From contig JAHHQK010000002.1 of assembly GCA_020026435.1 (NCBI GenBank), forward strand, positions 55,518-119,517: a stretch of 64,000 bases of DNA. Direction: 5' to 3'. Below are positions 31,865-41,799 of this stretch, piece after piece (the first letter of the stretch is position 1; every line of letters begins with the position of its first letter). The DNA comes from Alistipes sp. (GTDB lineage Bacteria; Bacteroidota; Bacteroidia; Bacteroidales; Rikenellaceae). Made by a program: the position numbers and the translations under genes. The notes below the pieces were generated by a model. The model had not been told where the DNA came from and searched no databases. It saw only the letters and a list, made by a program, of their open reading frames with translations.

Positions 31865-33010
31865 TTAACGGCCGCCGGAGTTGCGGTAGCTGCCTCCCGA
31901 CGAAACCGTGCCCGAACCGCCGTGCGAACCTCCGCCGCCACCCGACGAGAACGAACCGCCGCGGTTGTAGGACGACGAACCGCTGCCGCTGTTGTAGCTT
32001 CCGCCGCGGTCGAAGGTGTTGCCGCCGGAATTGTGGTACCCCCCGCCGTTGTAACGGTTGCCGCCGCGCGACGGGAAGCCCGAATTATAGCGTCCGCCGG
32101 ACGAATTCCGACGGCTGTTGTCGCGCACGCCGAAGGTGTTCCGGCCGCCACTGCCGCCGCGCATCGACCCGGTCGATTTCGACCCGGAGCGCGGTCCCAG
32201 ACCGTAGCGGGTTCCCGAAGGCGACGAGTAGGGATTGGGCCGGCGCACGATGTTCGACTGATAAGGCCGTCCGTAGCAGCCCGACCCCCAGCCCGGGCAA
32301 TGATAATGGCCGTACCATCCGGGGCCCCAGCCCCAACCCGGTCCGTACCAGGGATCGTACCACGAACTGTACCACGGCCCCCAACCGGGTCCGTACCAGG
32401 GATTGTGCCACGAGTTCCACCCGAAGCTCCAGCCCCAGCTGCCGAACGAGAAACTCGGCCCCCAGGGTCTGTTCCAGCCGTAGTACCACGGATCGGAATA
32501 GATCACCGTGCCCCACGATCCGAACATCGAGGTGATGTACTTGGGTTCAACCCACACCTGGTCTCCCATGACCACGATGTTGTAAAACGCCGGGTCGTAG
32601 GCCGACACGTAGTTGAAAGACGAGCCGTAGCGCGCATTGATGTAGCTCGACGGCATTTTGTAGGTCGGCGACTCGAATCCGCGCAGGCGGCGCGCATAAG
32701 CACTTTCGTAGTCGTCGGCCAGCACGCTCTCGTAGGGATTGACAGCGGCAGAACTGTATTCGTAATAGCTATTCTCCGCGGCCGCGGCCTTCGCTTCGGC
32801 GATCCGAGCCTCCCATTCGGCCTTGCGGGCTTCGGCGGCAGCACGCTGCGCCTCGGCCTCGGCCTGCTTCCGACGCGAGATCTCCGCACGGTCATGCACG
32901 GCGTAGAGATCGTCGGAAGCATACCCCGCCGAGGCGTAGTAAGCCGACGAGCAACTTGCAAGGCCTGCGGAGAGGATGAGGGTTCCGAATAAAATATTCA
33001 ACTTTTTCAT
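31865..33010 (-). CDS. Lipoprotein with W/G/Y/P-rich and G/S/R-rich low-complexity tail
   Basis: Lipobox LASC, DDLY motif, coiled coil, WYGPGWG repeats. Confidence 0.8.
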   Translation of the reverse strand: MKKLNILFGTLILSAGLASCSSAYYASAGYASDDLYAVHDRAEISRRKQAEAEAQRAAAEARKAEWEARIAEAKAAAAENSYYEYSSAAVNPYESVLADDYESAYARRLRGFESPTYKMPSSYINARYGSSFNYVSAYDPAFYNIVVMGDQVWVEPKYITSMFGSWGTVIYSDPWYYGWNRPWGPSFSFGSWGWSFGWNSWHNPWYGPGWGPWYSSWYDPWYGPGWGWGPGWYGHYHCPGWGSGCYGRPYQSNIVRRPNPYSSPSGTRYGLGPRSGSKSTGSMRGGSGGRNTFGVRDNSRRNSSGGRYNSGFPSRGGNRYNGGGYHNSGGNTFDRGGSYNSGSGSSSYNRGGSFSSGGGGGSHGGSGTVSSGGSYRNSGGR

Positions 33011-33326
33011 AGCGCTCCTAAAATGTTTGCGTTAGTTCTTCCATATAACAAACGAAAACCGTACCGGTTTTAGTATCGTTCACCCTTATAAACGGCCGCA
33101 CACGGAAAATACTGCACGGGCAGGGCGGATCCGTCCGTTGGCAAAGATACGAATAGGCTCCAGCAAAAGCAAACTTGCCGTCATTTTTGCCGGTCGGGCG
33201 CATCTTCGCCGGAGCCAAAGGTACGAATAAATCCGAAAAAGCTGCGGCCAGAGGGTCTCTGAAGGCTTTTTTAGATGCAAAAGTGATTTTTTTCGCACAA
33301 AAATGTGCAGAAACAAAAAATATGTC

Positions 33327-33334
33327 TATATTTG
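33327..33334 (+). promoter_or_regulatory. -7 element (TATATTTG) for tRNA-Ser
   Basis: TAnnTTTG followed by CA, upstream of the tRNA. Confidence 0.7.
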
Positions 33335-33396
33335 CAGTCCCAAAACAACGGTTTTGGATCGGGAGAAGGGGCGAAATCCTCCTCCCACGACGAAAA

Positions 33397-33483
33397 GGAG
33401 AGGTGCCGGAGTGGTCGATCGGGCCGCACTCGAAATGCGGTGTACGGGCAACTGTACCGGGGGTTCGAATCCCTCCCTCTCCG
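33397..33483 (+). tRNA. tRNA-Ser (anticodon CGA)
   Basis: GGAGAGG/CCTCTCC acceptor stem, CCGCA-CTCGAAA-TGCGG anticodon arm, long variable arm, GGTTCGAATCC T arm; CCA not encoded. Confidence 0.96.
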
Positions 33484-33489
33484 CAAGAC

Positions 33490-33522
33490 AATGAGGATGT
33501 TACGACGAGTAACATCCTCATT
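33490..33522 (+). terminator. Hairpin after the tRNA
   Basis: AATGAGGATGTTAC-GACGA-GTAACATCCTCATT followed by TTGTTTT. Confidence 0.7.
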
Positions 33523-33792
33523 TTGTTTTAGTTGCGCATCTAACTGATTGATTGTTTGTCCGTTCAGCGTCCCTTTTTTGCTGAATACGACTACTCCAGG
33601 ACGGCAAACAACTGATTATCAACAGGCAAATATCCACCTAATAGACATCTTGCGGTAACCTGTTCGTAACCGCAATAGACATTGCGCGTAACCCGACTAC
33701 AAACGTCTGAAATACGACTACTTCTGACTATACTGCTTTGGTTTTCAGTAAATTATTGATATTTAACTTCGTATCACCAAATAACAGAGAGT

Positions 33793-35117
33793 ATGAAAGC
33801 AGACAAAAAAGCAAGCAAGAACACCTTCAGCGTGATTTTCGTCATTCAGAAGGGCAAATGTCGTCCTGATGGCAAAGCCCCCATCGTAGCACGCATTACC
33901 GTCAACGGGGAGATGGTACACTTTTCGACCAAGATGTACATAGAACCCGAACGATGGCTTCCCCTGGAGTACAAGACTAAGGGACAAACTCATGAGGAAC
34001 AGGTGATCAACAGCACCCTGTTCGATTTTCACGCCACGATCAAACGCAAGTACAACGATATGATTTATCGTGGCGAGGTAATAACGGCAAGTAAGATCAA
34101 GAGTTCCATACTCTGCCAGGACGAGCGCAGTATGACACTCATTGCGTTGTGCAATAAATACATTGAGGACTACGAAAAACTTGTACTGACACAGGATTAC
34201 GGCCAGGAGTCCTTCTTCCGATATAAGGTTTGCCGTAATCGCCTGCAGGAGTTTCTCCGGGATGAGTTCAAGGTAAGTGACCTTCCCTTGCAGGATATCA
34301 ACAAGCGTTTTCTGGACAAACTATACCTTTGGCTACGCTCGGCACATCGGCTCAACAATAATACTGCAGTAAAGTTTATCCACCGTTTTGCTTCCATATA
34401 TAAGATGGCAAAAGACAACGGATGGGTTGTAGCAGACCCTTTCAAGCAACAAAAACTACACCTTGACAAGGTGGACCGGGGTTATCTTACGATCGAAGAG
34501 GTTTCCCGTTTGTACAATAAGGAATTTGAAAGCCTGCGGCTGGAGCAGGTCAGAGACATATTTATATTCAGCTGCTATACAGGATTGGCGTACATTGATG
34601 TTTACAACCTCACGGAAGACCAGCTGAATGTATGGGCCGATGGCAATACCTGGATCAGTTTTCATCGACAGAAGACCAAAGTCCCGTTCAACGTGCGACT
34701 GCTGGATGTGCCGCTCCAGATTATTGAGAAATACAAACACTTCCGTAAAGGCAAACGTCTGCTCCCCGTACCGTCAAACCAGAAGTGCAACGAGTATCTG
34801 AAAGAGATTGCCGAAGTCTGCGGGATCAACAAGAACATAACTTTTCACGTTGCCCGTCACACTTTTGCCACAACCATTACCTTGGGAAATGGCGTGCCAA
34901 TCGAAACCGTCTCAAAGATGCTTGGCATACGAATGTGCGCACGACACAAATCTACGCCCGTATCACCGACCAGAAAATCAACGTAGATATGGAGAGTCTC
35001 GCTGCGAAGCTCAACGGAATCTTCACTGCTCCCCTGACTCCATCCAAGGAGTCTGTCCGTCGAGAGCAACATCAGCGTGAGGTACAGAAGTTCGCAGTAG
35101 CGGCCGGCCTGGCATAA
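33793..35117 (+). pseudogene. Tyrosine integrase (Bacteroidota arm-binding/SAM type), frameshifted at ~34926
   Basis: FSCYTGLAYID and HVARHTFAT in frame 1; KMLG continues as HTNVRTTQIYA only in the -1 frame. Confidence 0.88.
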
Positions 35118-35146
35118 AACCACTCCTCCATAGAGCCGACAACGGC

Positions 35147-35177
35147 AACCAGGCACCGACATAAGGTGCCTGGTTTT
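35147..35177 (+). terminator. Intrinsic terminator after the integrase
   Basis: AACCAGGCACC-GACATAA-GGTGCCTGGTTTT. Confidence 0.75.
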
Positions 35178-35876
35178 TCATTGCAATGTCCAGCCCTTGC
35201 TTGTGGCGATAGCTTTTTGAGCTTCGGAGAGCTTGGCAAGATTCTTTGTTCCCAGCGTACAGGTTTTATCCGTCACGCCATCGGCTAAAGCATTGAGCAG
35301 GGAGAGAAGACTCTCAAGCGTAAGTTTTGGGCAACCGTTAACCCAAATATCTACCGAGATCGTACCGGTAAAGGATACACTCTCCAGGTTTCTGCAGGCG
35401 GTGAATGTAGTATCAATCTGCGATTTCACATTACTGAAGTCGAGAGGCTGGACAATTGTCACCAACGAAGAGCAACCGTGAAACAACTCCGATGCGGAGG
35501 TTATGGCCGAAGTATCCAATCCATCAATACGGGTCAGAGTCTCGCAACCATAGAATGCCCACATCATATTGGTGACATTGGCCGTTTCAAGGACTCCGAC
35601 CTGCGTGAGAGCCGTACATCCGTAACACATCTGATACATAGATGTCAACTGTCGGAAATCCAGGCATGCAGGCAATTTGCTCAATGATGTATTACCCTTA
35701 AAAAGTTGGTATCCCGATCGGACGTACTGTATGCCACTCGGAATTTGCTTTACTTTGTACGCGAGTTCATACAAGGTGTCCGTTAAGGTTGCAGAAGCCC
35801 CCTGGGCAGCGATATGAAGGGCAAAGAGCGAACGTACTTGTGAAAGACGTGATATGAGAGGTGTAAAATCAGCCAT
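35178..35876 (-). CDS. BspA/DUF285-like leucine-rich repeat protein, possible adhesin or receptor-binding protein
   Basis: Repeats of the form LDTSxxTxxxxxFxGCxxL; C-terminal AIATSKGWT. Confidence 0.75.
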   Translation of the reverse strand: MADFTPLISRLSQVRSLFALHIAAQGASATLTDTLYELAYKVKQIPSGIQYVRSGYQLFKGNTSLSKLPACLDFRQLTSMYQMCYGCTALTQVGVLETANVTNMMWAFYGCETLTRIDGLDTSAITSASELFHGCSSLVTIVQPLDFSNVKSQIDTTFTACRNLESVSFTGTISVDIWVNGCPKLTLESLLSLLNALADGVTDKTCTLGTKNLAKLSEAQKAIATSKGWTLQ

Positions 35877-35879
35877 AAG

Positions 35880-36071
35880 TTATCCGATGATTTGTGCGAG
35901 TGAAGCGGCAAGTTCCGCTATTCCAAGCGAATCCTCCAACTGAACGATCAATGATTCATAAGTTATTGCGTATGCCTGCCCTCCGCGCTCTATTTCCAAC
36001 AGGTCGGTAGGCGACATTGTGCTGGTTTGCGTAAGATCTCCGATGGTTACGCCGTTTGCTGTTTCTGCCAT
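35880..36071 (-). CDS. Small tail-associated hypothetical protein
   Basis: 63 aa, operonic; VTIGDL...DLLEI resembles tail-fibre N-terminal modules. Confidence 0.6.
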   Translation of the reverse strand: MAETANGVTIGDLTQTSTMSPTDLLEIERGGQAYAITYESLIVQLEDSLGIAELAASLAQIIG

Positions 36072-36080
36072 ACAATATAT

Positions 36081-38216
36081 TTATTCAGTGTATTCTTCAA
36101 AGCAACACATTTGCAGGTAAGTTACCAACCACCAGCACTTGCCCGCATATATCCCGGGTACGGCAACAAGTTGCAGGATTCCCGCATAACACTTCACTCG
36201 TTGCATCCTGTCAAATCCGAAATCATTCTGCTTGATCGATGAGAGTATGCCCGACTCGGCATCGTCTACGGCAAGGATGATATCCGGAGAGGAGCGTGTT
36301 CTCACAGGTGTGTCATACAATGTCAGCACATTGCCGATATACTCGTTTGAGGTCGGAAGATTGATCCATATTTTATAGTCCTAATATTGCTCGCCAATTG
36401 TTTGCAGATTCATATTCCTGTCCACGGTGTACTTCCGTGTAGCGGTGTTATAGCAGGTGCCTTCTTCTCGCAATGTTTTGAATGGAATGCGTATATGCCC
36501 CGAGAATACCCCCGTAGCCATTTCTATATGTCCATCTTCGTAGATTCGGGTCTTAGCCGTACCTGCATTCTGTATACCATCTGCTCCGGCAAAGAGCATC
36601 AGTTTACCGTGCTTCTCATCAACCGTTCCCGAAATGGCACTGCCGGCCATACCGGCCACAACCCGGGCATTATTCTCATCCTTTACCCCGACAAACCCTG
36701 ACAATACCACACCGCTTTGACCATCTATTTCAGTCGTTGCATCGCGGAAATTATCGCGCAGATATTCCAGGTCACTCTGTTGTTCTTGCTCTTCGGATGC
36801 GGCACGTATCGTTTTGACGATTATAGCGCGAGCCTCATAGTAAGCTGCAATATCCTGGAAATCGGGTTCGATGGTAATATACTCGGGAGTTGACTGGGTA
36901 TATTTCTCGATAGCCGTTACCGCCAAAATATAGGCATTGACATAGTCGTCCCACGCGGCATCCTTGTTACGGATGATGCGTAGTTGCGAATTTGCAATGC
37001 GGCCGGCTGTGGCGGTTACGCGTCTGTACTCTCTGACAAGATAAGTGTCGGCATCGAGAAGCAACTGCTCATACTCGGAACGTATGTCCTGCAAACGCTC
37101 TTTTAGAAAGGACTTCTCGACGGGGGACACCACTTCATCGGAGTTTATCTTTGCCAACGTATCACAAGCAGAATCGAGTTCTGCCTGAAGCGCATCAAGG
37201 TCTGTACCCTCATCCGGGCGCAGGGGATCAATGCGTCCGAAACGTAATACTCCCCCCTTGAATGAGATTCCGCAACCATTTGTGCGGTTATATAGTTGCA
37301 CGTCACCCGTTCGTGAGTCGAACCAGTTATCTCCCAATACGTCGCTTATGTATCCCTGGAGGTAGACGTTCTTCAGATAGGCAGAATAACCGCGCATATC
37401 AAGCCCGTGTGCTGCAAGATTCGCCAGATCTCCGAACTGTGCCGCGATGTTCTCCACTCCGATCGTCCAGGTATTCATTCCAACCAGATAGCGGTCATAG
37501 GTTCGCGTTGTATAGTGCGAAGCCTGGCGTGAGGTATCGGTAGCATTGCCTATTGCCACGATGTTCATCATCTCTGTCGGATGATACGCAAAATCCTCGC
37601 GCAGTTCATATCTCCACTCTCCGAAAGTCTGCTCATCGAGACACTCAACCAGCCGGAAATAGCAGGTTGTAAATCCGGCAAAGGTCCGTATGCCTTTTGA
37701 GTCATCGCTGTCCTCCGTAGGCTCCGTGAAGGTCCCCACCGTTGAACTTTTGAAGATGCCCATACAAAGATCATCCCTACGCAACGATGCAACCTCGCCA
37801 GGTTCAAGTTTAAGGCTCAAGCGGCAATGGTCCTTGTCTACGGCCAACACGACACCGGCTCCCGGAGCACTCCATTTATCACCCACCGTGGTCTCGACAC
37901 GGTTATAACGGAATTCAGGCACGTCCAGAAACTCTTCAAGGTGCAAATTGCGCATATAGGCATTGCCTTCGACCGAGAAGTCTCCTTGAATAGATCCTCC
38001 CGAACGGTTCAGTTTCTCATCAAGAGCCGACTGTAATCCTTGCACCTGGGCTATGGGATGCGTATGTGCCTTGGGTGCTACCCGTTCCTGCAACTCCTTA
38101 CCACGGATTTTCATCGAGGCCTCCGCCTGCGGAACATCAACAATGAACTCAAACTCATCGAAATGCTCCATCTGCCCTGCGGCCGAAGCCAACTCCTGTA
38201 TGCGGATCTCGTTCAT
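36081..38216 (-). CDS. Tail fibre/tail-tip protein interrupted by an in-frame TAG at 36381-36383 (711 codons if read through)
   Basis: HTHPIAQVQGLQSAL fibre motif; ...CAA TAT TAG GAC TAT... stays open to TAA at 36081. Confidence 0.75.
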
Positions 38217-38249
38217 AAAATTTTATTTGTTTTTATTCACGCAATTAAC

Positions 38250-38257
38250 TATCTTTG
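38250..38257 (+). promoter_or_regulatory. -7 element (TATCTTTG) of a moron
   Basis: TAnnTTTG 20 nt before ATG 38278. Confidence 0.7.
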
Positions 38258-38277
38258 AGAAACTAACCACTACAACT

Positions 38278-38697
38278 ATGAACAAGTTCTGGACTTTTAT
38301 TGCAGGAGCCTTTTCAGGTATCCTTCTGACGATCGTTGTTCTGTTGATCATTGGTTCTGCCAAAGGCGAATCCCCCATCCCTGGCCTTACCACATTTGAA
38401 GAAAGAGGACAGATGATGGAAGCAGAACAATACAGCATCATACAGACATTAAGTGACTCATACGCTTTAGCCATGGAGATCAGCCTTGACAGGTTTAACG
38501 ACCTTGATATATCCTCCTTGCCTTCCATGCTGACTCCCGTTTTACTTATTGGTGACGAAACCACGCATTTTTATGATGGTCTTGAAGTTAAAGTCACGAA
38601 CAACAAGCGTTTCTATCAAGTGGGAACTTATAAATACGAAACCAAATCGGAGGATTGGAAAACTGTCCCAGCTGTTATGTTGCTTGAGCAGAAGTAA
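38278..38697 (+). CDS. Moron: membrane-anchored hypothetical protein, antisense to the tail operon
   Basis: MNKFWTFIAGAFSGILLTIVVLLII anchor; C-terminal QVGTYKYETK...KTVPAV; lower GC. Confidence 0.8.
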   Translation: MNKFWTFIAGAFSGILLTIVVLLIIGSAKGESPIPGLTTFEERGQMMEAEQYSIIQTLSDSYALAMEISLDRFNDLDISSLPSMLTPVLLIGDETTHFYDGLEVKVTNNKRFYQVGTYKYETKSEDWKTVPAVMLLEQK

Positions 38698-38704
38698 CTG
38701 CGAC

Positions 38705-40996
38705 CTATCCTCCTAAAATCGAGGTTTTGAAGTTCTCCTTGCCGAGGACATAGACCAAATCCCGACCCTTGGCAGTCAATTGACCGCCAAGGGTTATTTG
38801 TATCTTCTGCGATGCTCCGGAAGCCGGGAGCATAGCCTGCAGTTTCGACAAGGGCGCAATCACTTCAGGGTCTGCCACTGCATTGGGATTATCTCCGACC
38901 AGCGCGAGAGTCTTGCCATATGCCAGGCCTCCCGTTGCAAGAGCCGGGACACTATCCTTTGCATTCTTGTTGATGAGAGCCGTCATAATGGCAGCCGCAG
39001 CAACCATCGCTGCGCCTACGGCAATCGCGGCCCATGGATTCGCAAGCACAGATTTTAGAGCCGTTTTGAACGCAATAATCATCACTCCGAACTCGATAAG
39101 CTGCGCACCGATATTACACAGAAACGAGGCAAACTGCGTAAGTATGGCTTTGAGCAGACCTCCGAATCCGAGATCTCCGGCAATGATTTGCCCCAATGCC
39201 TCGGCTGCGGCCACAATGCTGTCTGCAAGAAATGCGGATACCTGCTCATCGAAGCGTTGCATTGTTGTCGCCACGGTCTGTGAAACGTGTTCCAGAGCAA
39301 CGGAAAAAGCCACTCCTTTGTTTGTCAGCGTCTGTGTATAGTTCCCCACCATCGCCACCGTGTCGGCAACATTCTTCTGCAGTAGCGTGCTGTTATCCGA
39401 GGCCCACCCATAGATGCCTTCACGCACCGAAGCCCATATCGCCCTCATCTGACGTGAGTATTCCGATGCTGCTATCTTTATATCATCGATCTTCAACTTC
39501 GGTCGGGGAAACGAAATCTCCATCTGCGGAGTTACAACAGCAGTATTCTTCCCGATTGGGGCAAGATCCGCCGGTGTTATATTTTGTAGCTGTTGCAACT
39601 CCTTGCGCAAGCGCTCAATCTCCACATTGCAGGCGGCAATATCCTCAATGGAACTCTCCGGTAACAACTTTTTCTTTTCGAGTTCTTCGATCTGCTTTTG
39701 CAGACGTCCGATCAACCCCAAAGAGGTTTCACCATGCCCGGCAGCCTGTTGCATCTTCTTCATCAGAGCTTCACTCTGTTGCTCGGCTACGGCCATCATG
39801 CGATTCATTTCCTCCTGTTGCTTCTGCTCCTAAGCCTGCATCTCTTTTTTGCGTTCTATGGCCTTTGTAAGCAGTTCATACTCCTTACGAAGTGGAGCCA
39901 TCTGTTCAGGATCTGCAATCTTCTGAATGGTAAAACCCGCAATGATACCATTGGGAACAATCCGGTTTTTTGTCGTGGCAGCCGCAATCTCTTTTTGCTT
40001 TTTCAGGTTCTCCTGCAATTTCCGCTCAAGGGTGGCCAGATCATCGGCATTGGCCAACTCATCGACCATTTTTTGTTTCTGTACCTTGGCATAGGCAAAG
40101 GCGGCCCCGAGAGCCAGCAGTGCTGAAACAATCAGACCTACAGGAGAGAGCAATGCCGTAAATCCGGCCGCCAGCATAGGGATGATCTTGATAACGCCTC
40201 CAATGCCAAGCGTAAGCGGTCCAATGGCTGCCACGACACCGGCAATCGCAACAACGACTCTCTTTATTTCCGGAGAAAGCGTCTGAAGCCAGGATACGAT
40301 ACCAGAGAGTGCCTTCGTGACCTTTGTGGCCAAAGGCATCATTGCAAAGCCGATCTGCTCAAGAAAATCGCCCCATGCATTCTGGAGTTGGCGCATGACA
40401 CCTAACCCAACAGAAGCCGCGCCCTCGGCAAAACCTTTGTAGTTCTTCAGAATAAAATCTACGGCCTCTCCATTTTTAAGTTGCTCTGCCGTCAGCTCCT
40501 TGAGTTTGGGAATACTTTCGCCCAACTCACCCGTGAGTCCTCCGTAGGTCTTGGCAAGATTCTTTACTGCCGAGTCGAGCGTCATTCCGGTTGCGGCTGA
40601 CAATTGCGCTGAGGCTTCGATGACTCGGCCAATCTGCTCCTCGGTCATACCCAGCGATGCAAGATAAGCCTGCTGACCGATGATAACCTCATCACCCAGC
40701 ACTGAGCGTGATTGCAGTTCTCCGGCTTGAGCAATAAGCCTTTGTTGTACATCACTGCGGCTGCGCAAAGCTGTCAACAACCGTTTCTCGGCCTGTTGTT
40801 GGGTGTCGGCATTCTTCAACGCCACAACCCCCAGGGCTGTCAACGGAGCGGTGAGTGCAACCGAAAGCGTCTTGCCTACCGAGGAGAGTTTCTTCTGAAG
40901 AGACTCCATACTACGCTCCACCTGCCGGGCTTTCTGTTGAAACTCATAGGAATCCGCTCCAATCTTTATCAGAAGATCGGCAATACGTCGGCTCAT
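38705..40996 (-). CDS. Tape measure protein interrupted by an in-frame TAG at 39830-39832 (763 codons if read through)
   Basis: IADLLIKIGAD N-terminus, Ala-rich helices, LATGGLAYGKTLALVGD...PEVIAPL; CAG GCT TAG GAG CAG links the two ORFs in frame. Confidence 0.85.
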
Positions 40997-41001
40997 ATGC
41001 T

Positions 41002-41424
41002 CTACGGTTTGTGGGTCTTATATAGTTGCCAACCCTGCTCCACATCGGCCAGAATGGCCGCACGGCCATTCTCAACTCGGGAGATAGCCGCCACGATACG
41101 CACCATCAGATCGTGATCGGACATATCCACATTGGACTCGGCCGGTAGCCCCGCACTCTCCGCCACGGCCCGGATATAGCCCTCGGTGTAGTTCTCAACG
41201 GGAGGTGCATAGCGGGAAATAATCTCGCGAATAGTACGTACTCCACGTCGGCAATAGGAATCCAGCAGTACAAAGAGAGCCCGATACCCCCATGCCATCG
41301 ATTCAAACTGTTTGAATGCCGGGTCTTTCGATGGCTGCACTTCACCCAGGTAGCGGGTGGGTGATTTGCGGATATTACCCGGGTTGCAGTTTCGCAAGCC
41401 TCGCGGTAGTTTTCTCTGTACCAT
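41002..41424 (-). CDS. Putative endolysin (lysozyme-like NPGNIR family)
   Basis: RGLRNCNPGNIR, FESMAWGYRA, IISRYAPPVEN, AISRVENG; start at ATG 41424. Confidence 0.75.
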   Translation of the reverse strand: MVQRKLPRGLRNCNPGNIRKSPTRYLGEVQPSKDPAFKQFESMAWGYRALFVLLDSYCRRGVRTIREIISRYAPPVENYTEGYIRAVAESAGLPAESNVDMSDHDLMVRIVAAISRVENGRAAILADVEQGWQLYKTHKP

Positions 41425-41428
41425 AATG

Positions 41429-41788
41429 TTATTGCTTGTTTTGTTTGCGGGATCTGTCCAATTCGGCTCGTTTGACCAGCACGGGGCATTGCTCCGGAGG
41501 GGTCGTGCATTTATAGGCCTGGCGGATAACCAGACGATTGCGTTCCAGTTCCACATCCTTATGCTCGATAATGATCTCGAGTTTATCCACCTTTTCTTCA
41601 AGTTTCTCCACGCGGCCATCGAGCCGTGTAATCTGCTCCGATTGAATAGCCACAACCTTCTCTGTATTCTCCAGTTCCGCGAGATCGGCCTCGGCCATCT
41701 CCTTTCGTTTCTTTGACCTGAAAAAGAGAAGCGTCCCGACAAGACCACTTGCCAGCACGAAATTCAAAACAATGCTTACTATCTCCAT
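41429..41788 (-). CDS. Holin-like protein (one TM helix plus coiled coil)
   Basis: N-terminal hydrophobic helix, basic stretch and coiled coil; immediately upstream of the endolysin. Confidence 0.55.
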   Translation of the reverse strand: MEIVSIVLNFVLASGLVGTLLFFRSKKRKEMAEADLAELENTEKVVAIQSEQITRLDGRVEKLEEKVDKLEIIIEHKDVELERNRLVIRQAYKCTTPPEQCPVLVKRAELDRSRKQNKQ

Positions 41789-41799
41789 AAAAGTTAAAA

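Noticed and set aside
1..33400. General sequencing noise as the cause of the prophage lesions
   Set aside because: Host genes across 33 kb show no frameshifts or internal stops, so uniform error is unlikely; motif-specific or homopolymer errors still need a read-level check
33397..33483. tRNA as a stop-codon suppressor or selenocysteine tRNA
   Set aside because: The anticodon is CGA (Ser, reads TCG), not CUA or UCA
35178..36083. One giant readthrough protein (tail fibre, 63-aa ORF and LRR gene are all in the same frame)
   Set aside because: The separators are TAA stops followed by short spacers and ATG starts; two in-frame junctions can easily arise by chance
35178..38216. Diversity-generating retroelement acting on tail genes
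   Set aside because: No reverse transcriptase and no template/variable repeat pair seen
41424..41748. Long N-terminal extension of the endolysin, and similar extensions at 19462, 38053, 52452 and 58810
   Set aside because: They overlap upstream genes; downstream ATGs with AT-rich leaders fit better
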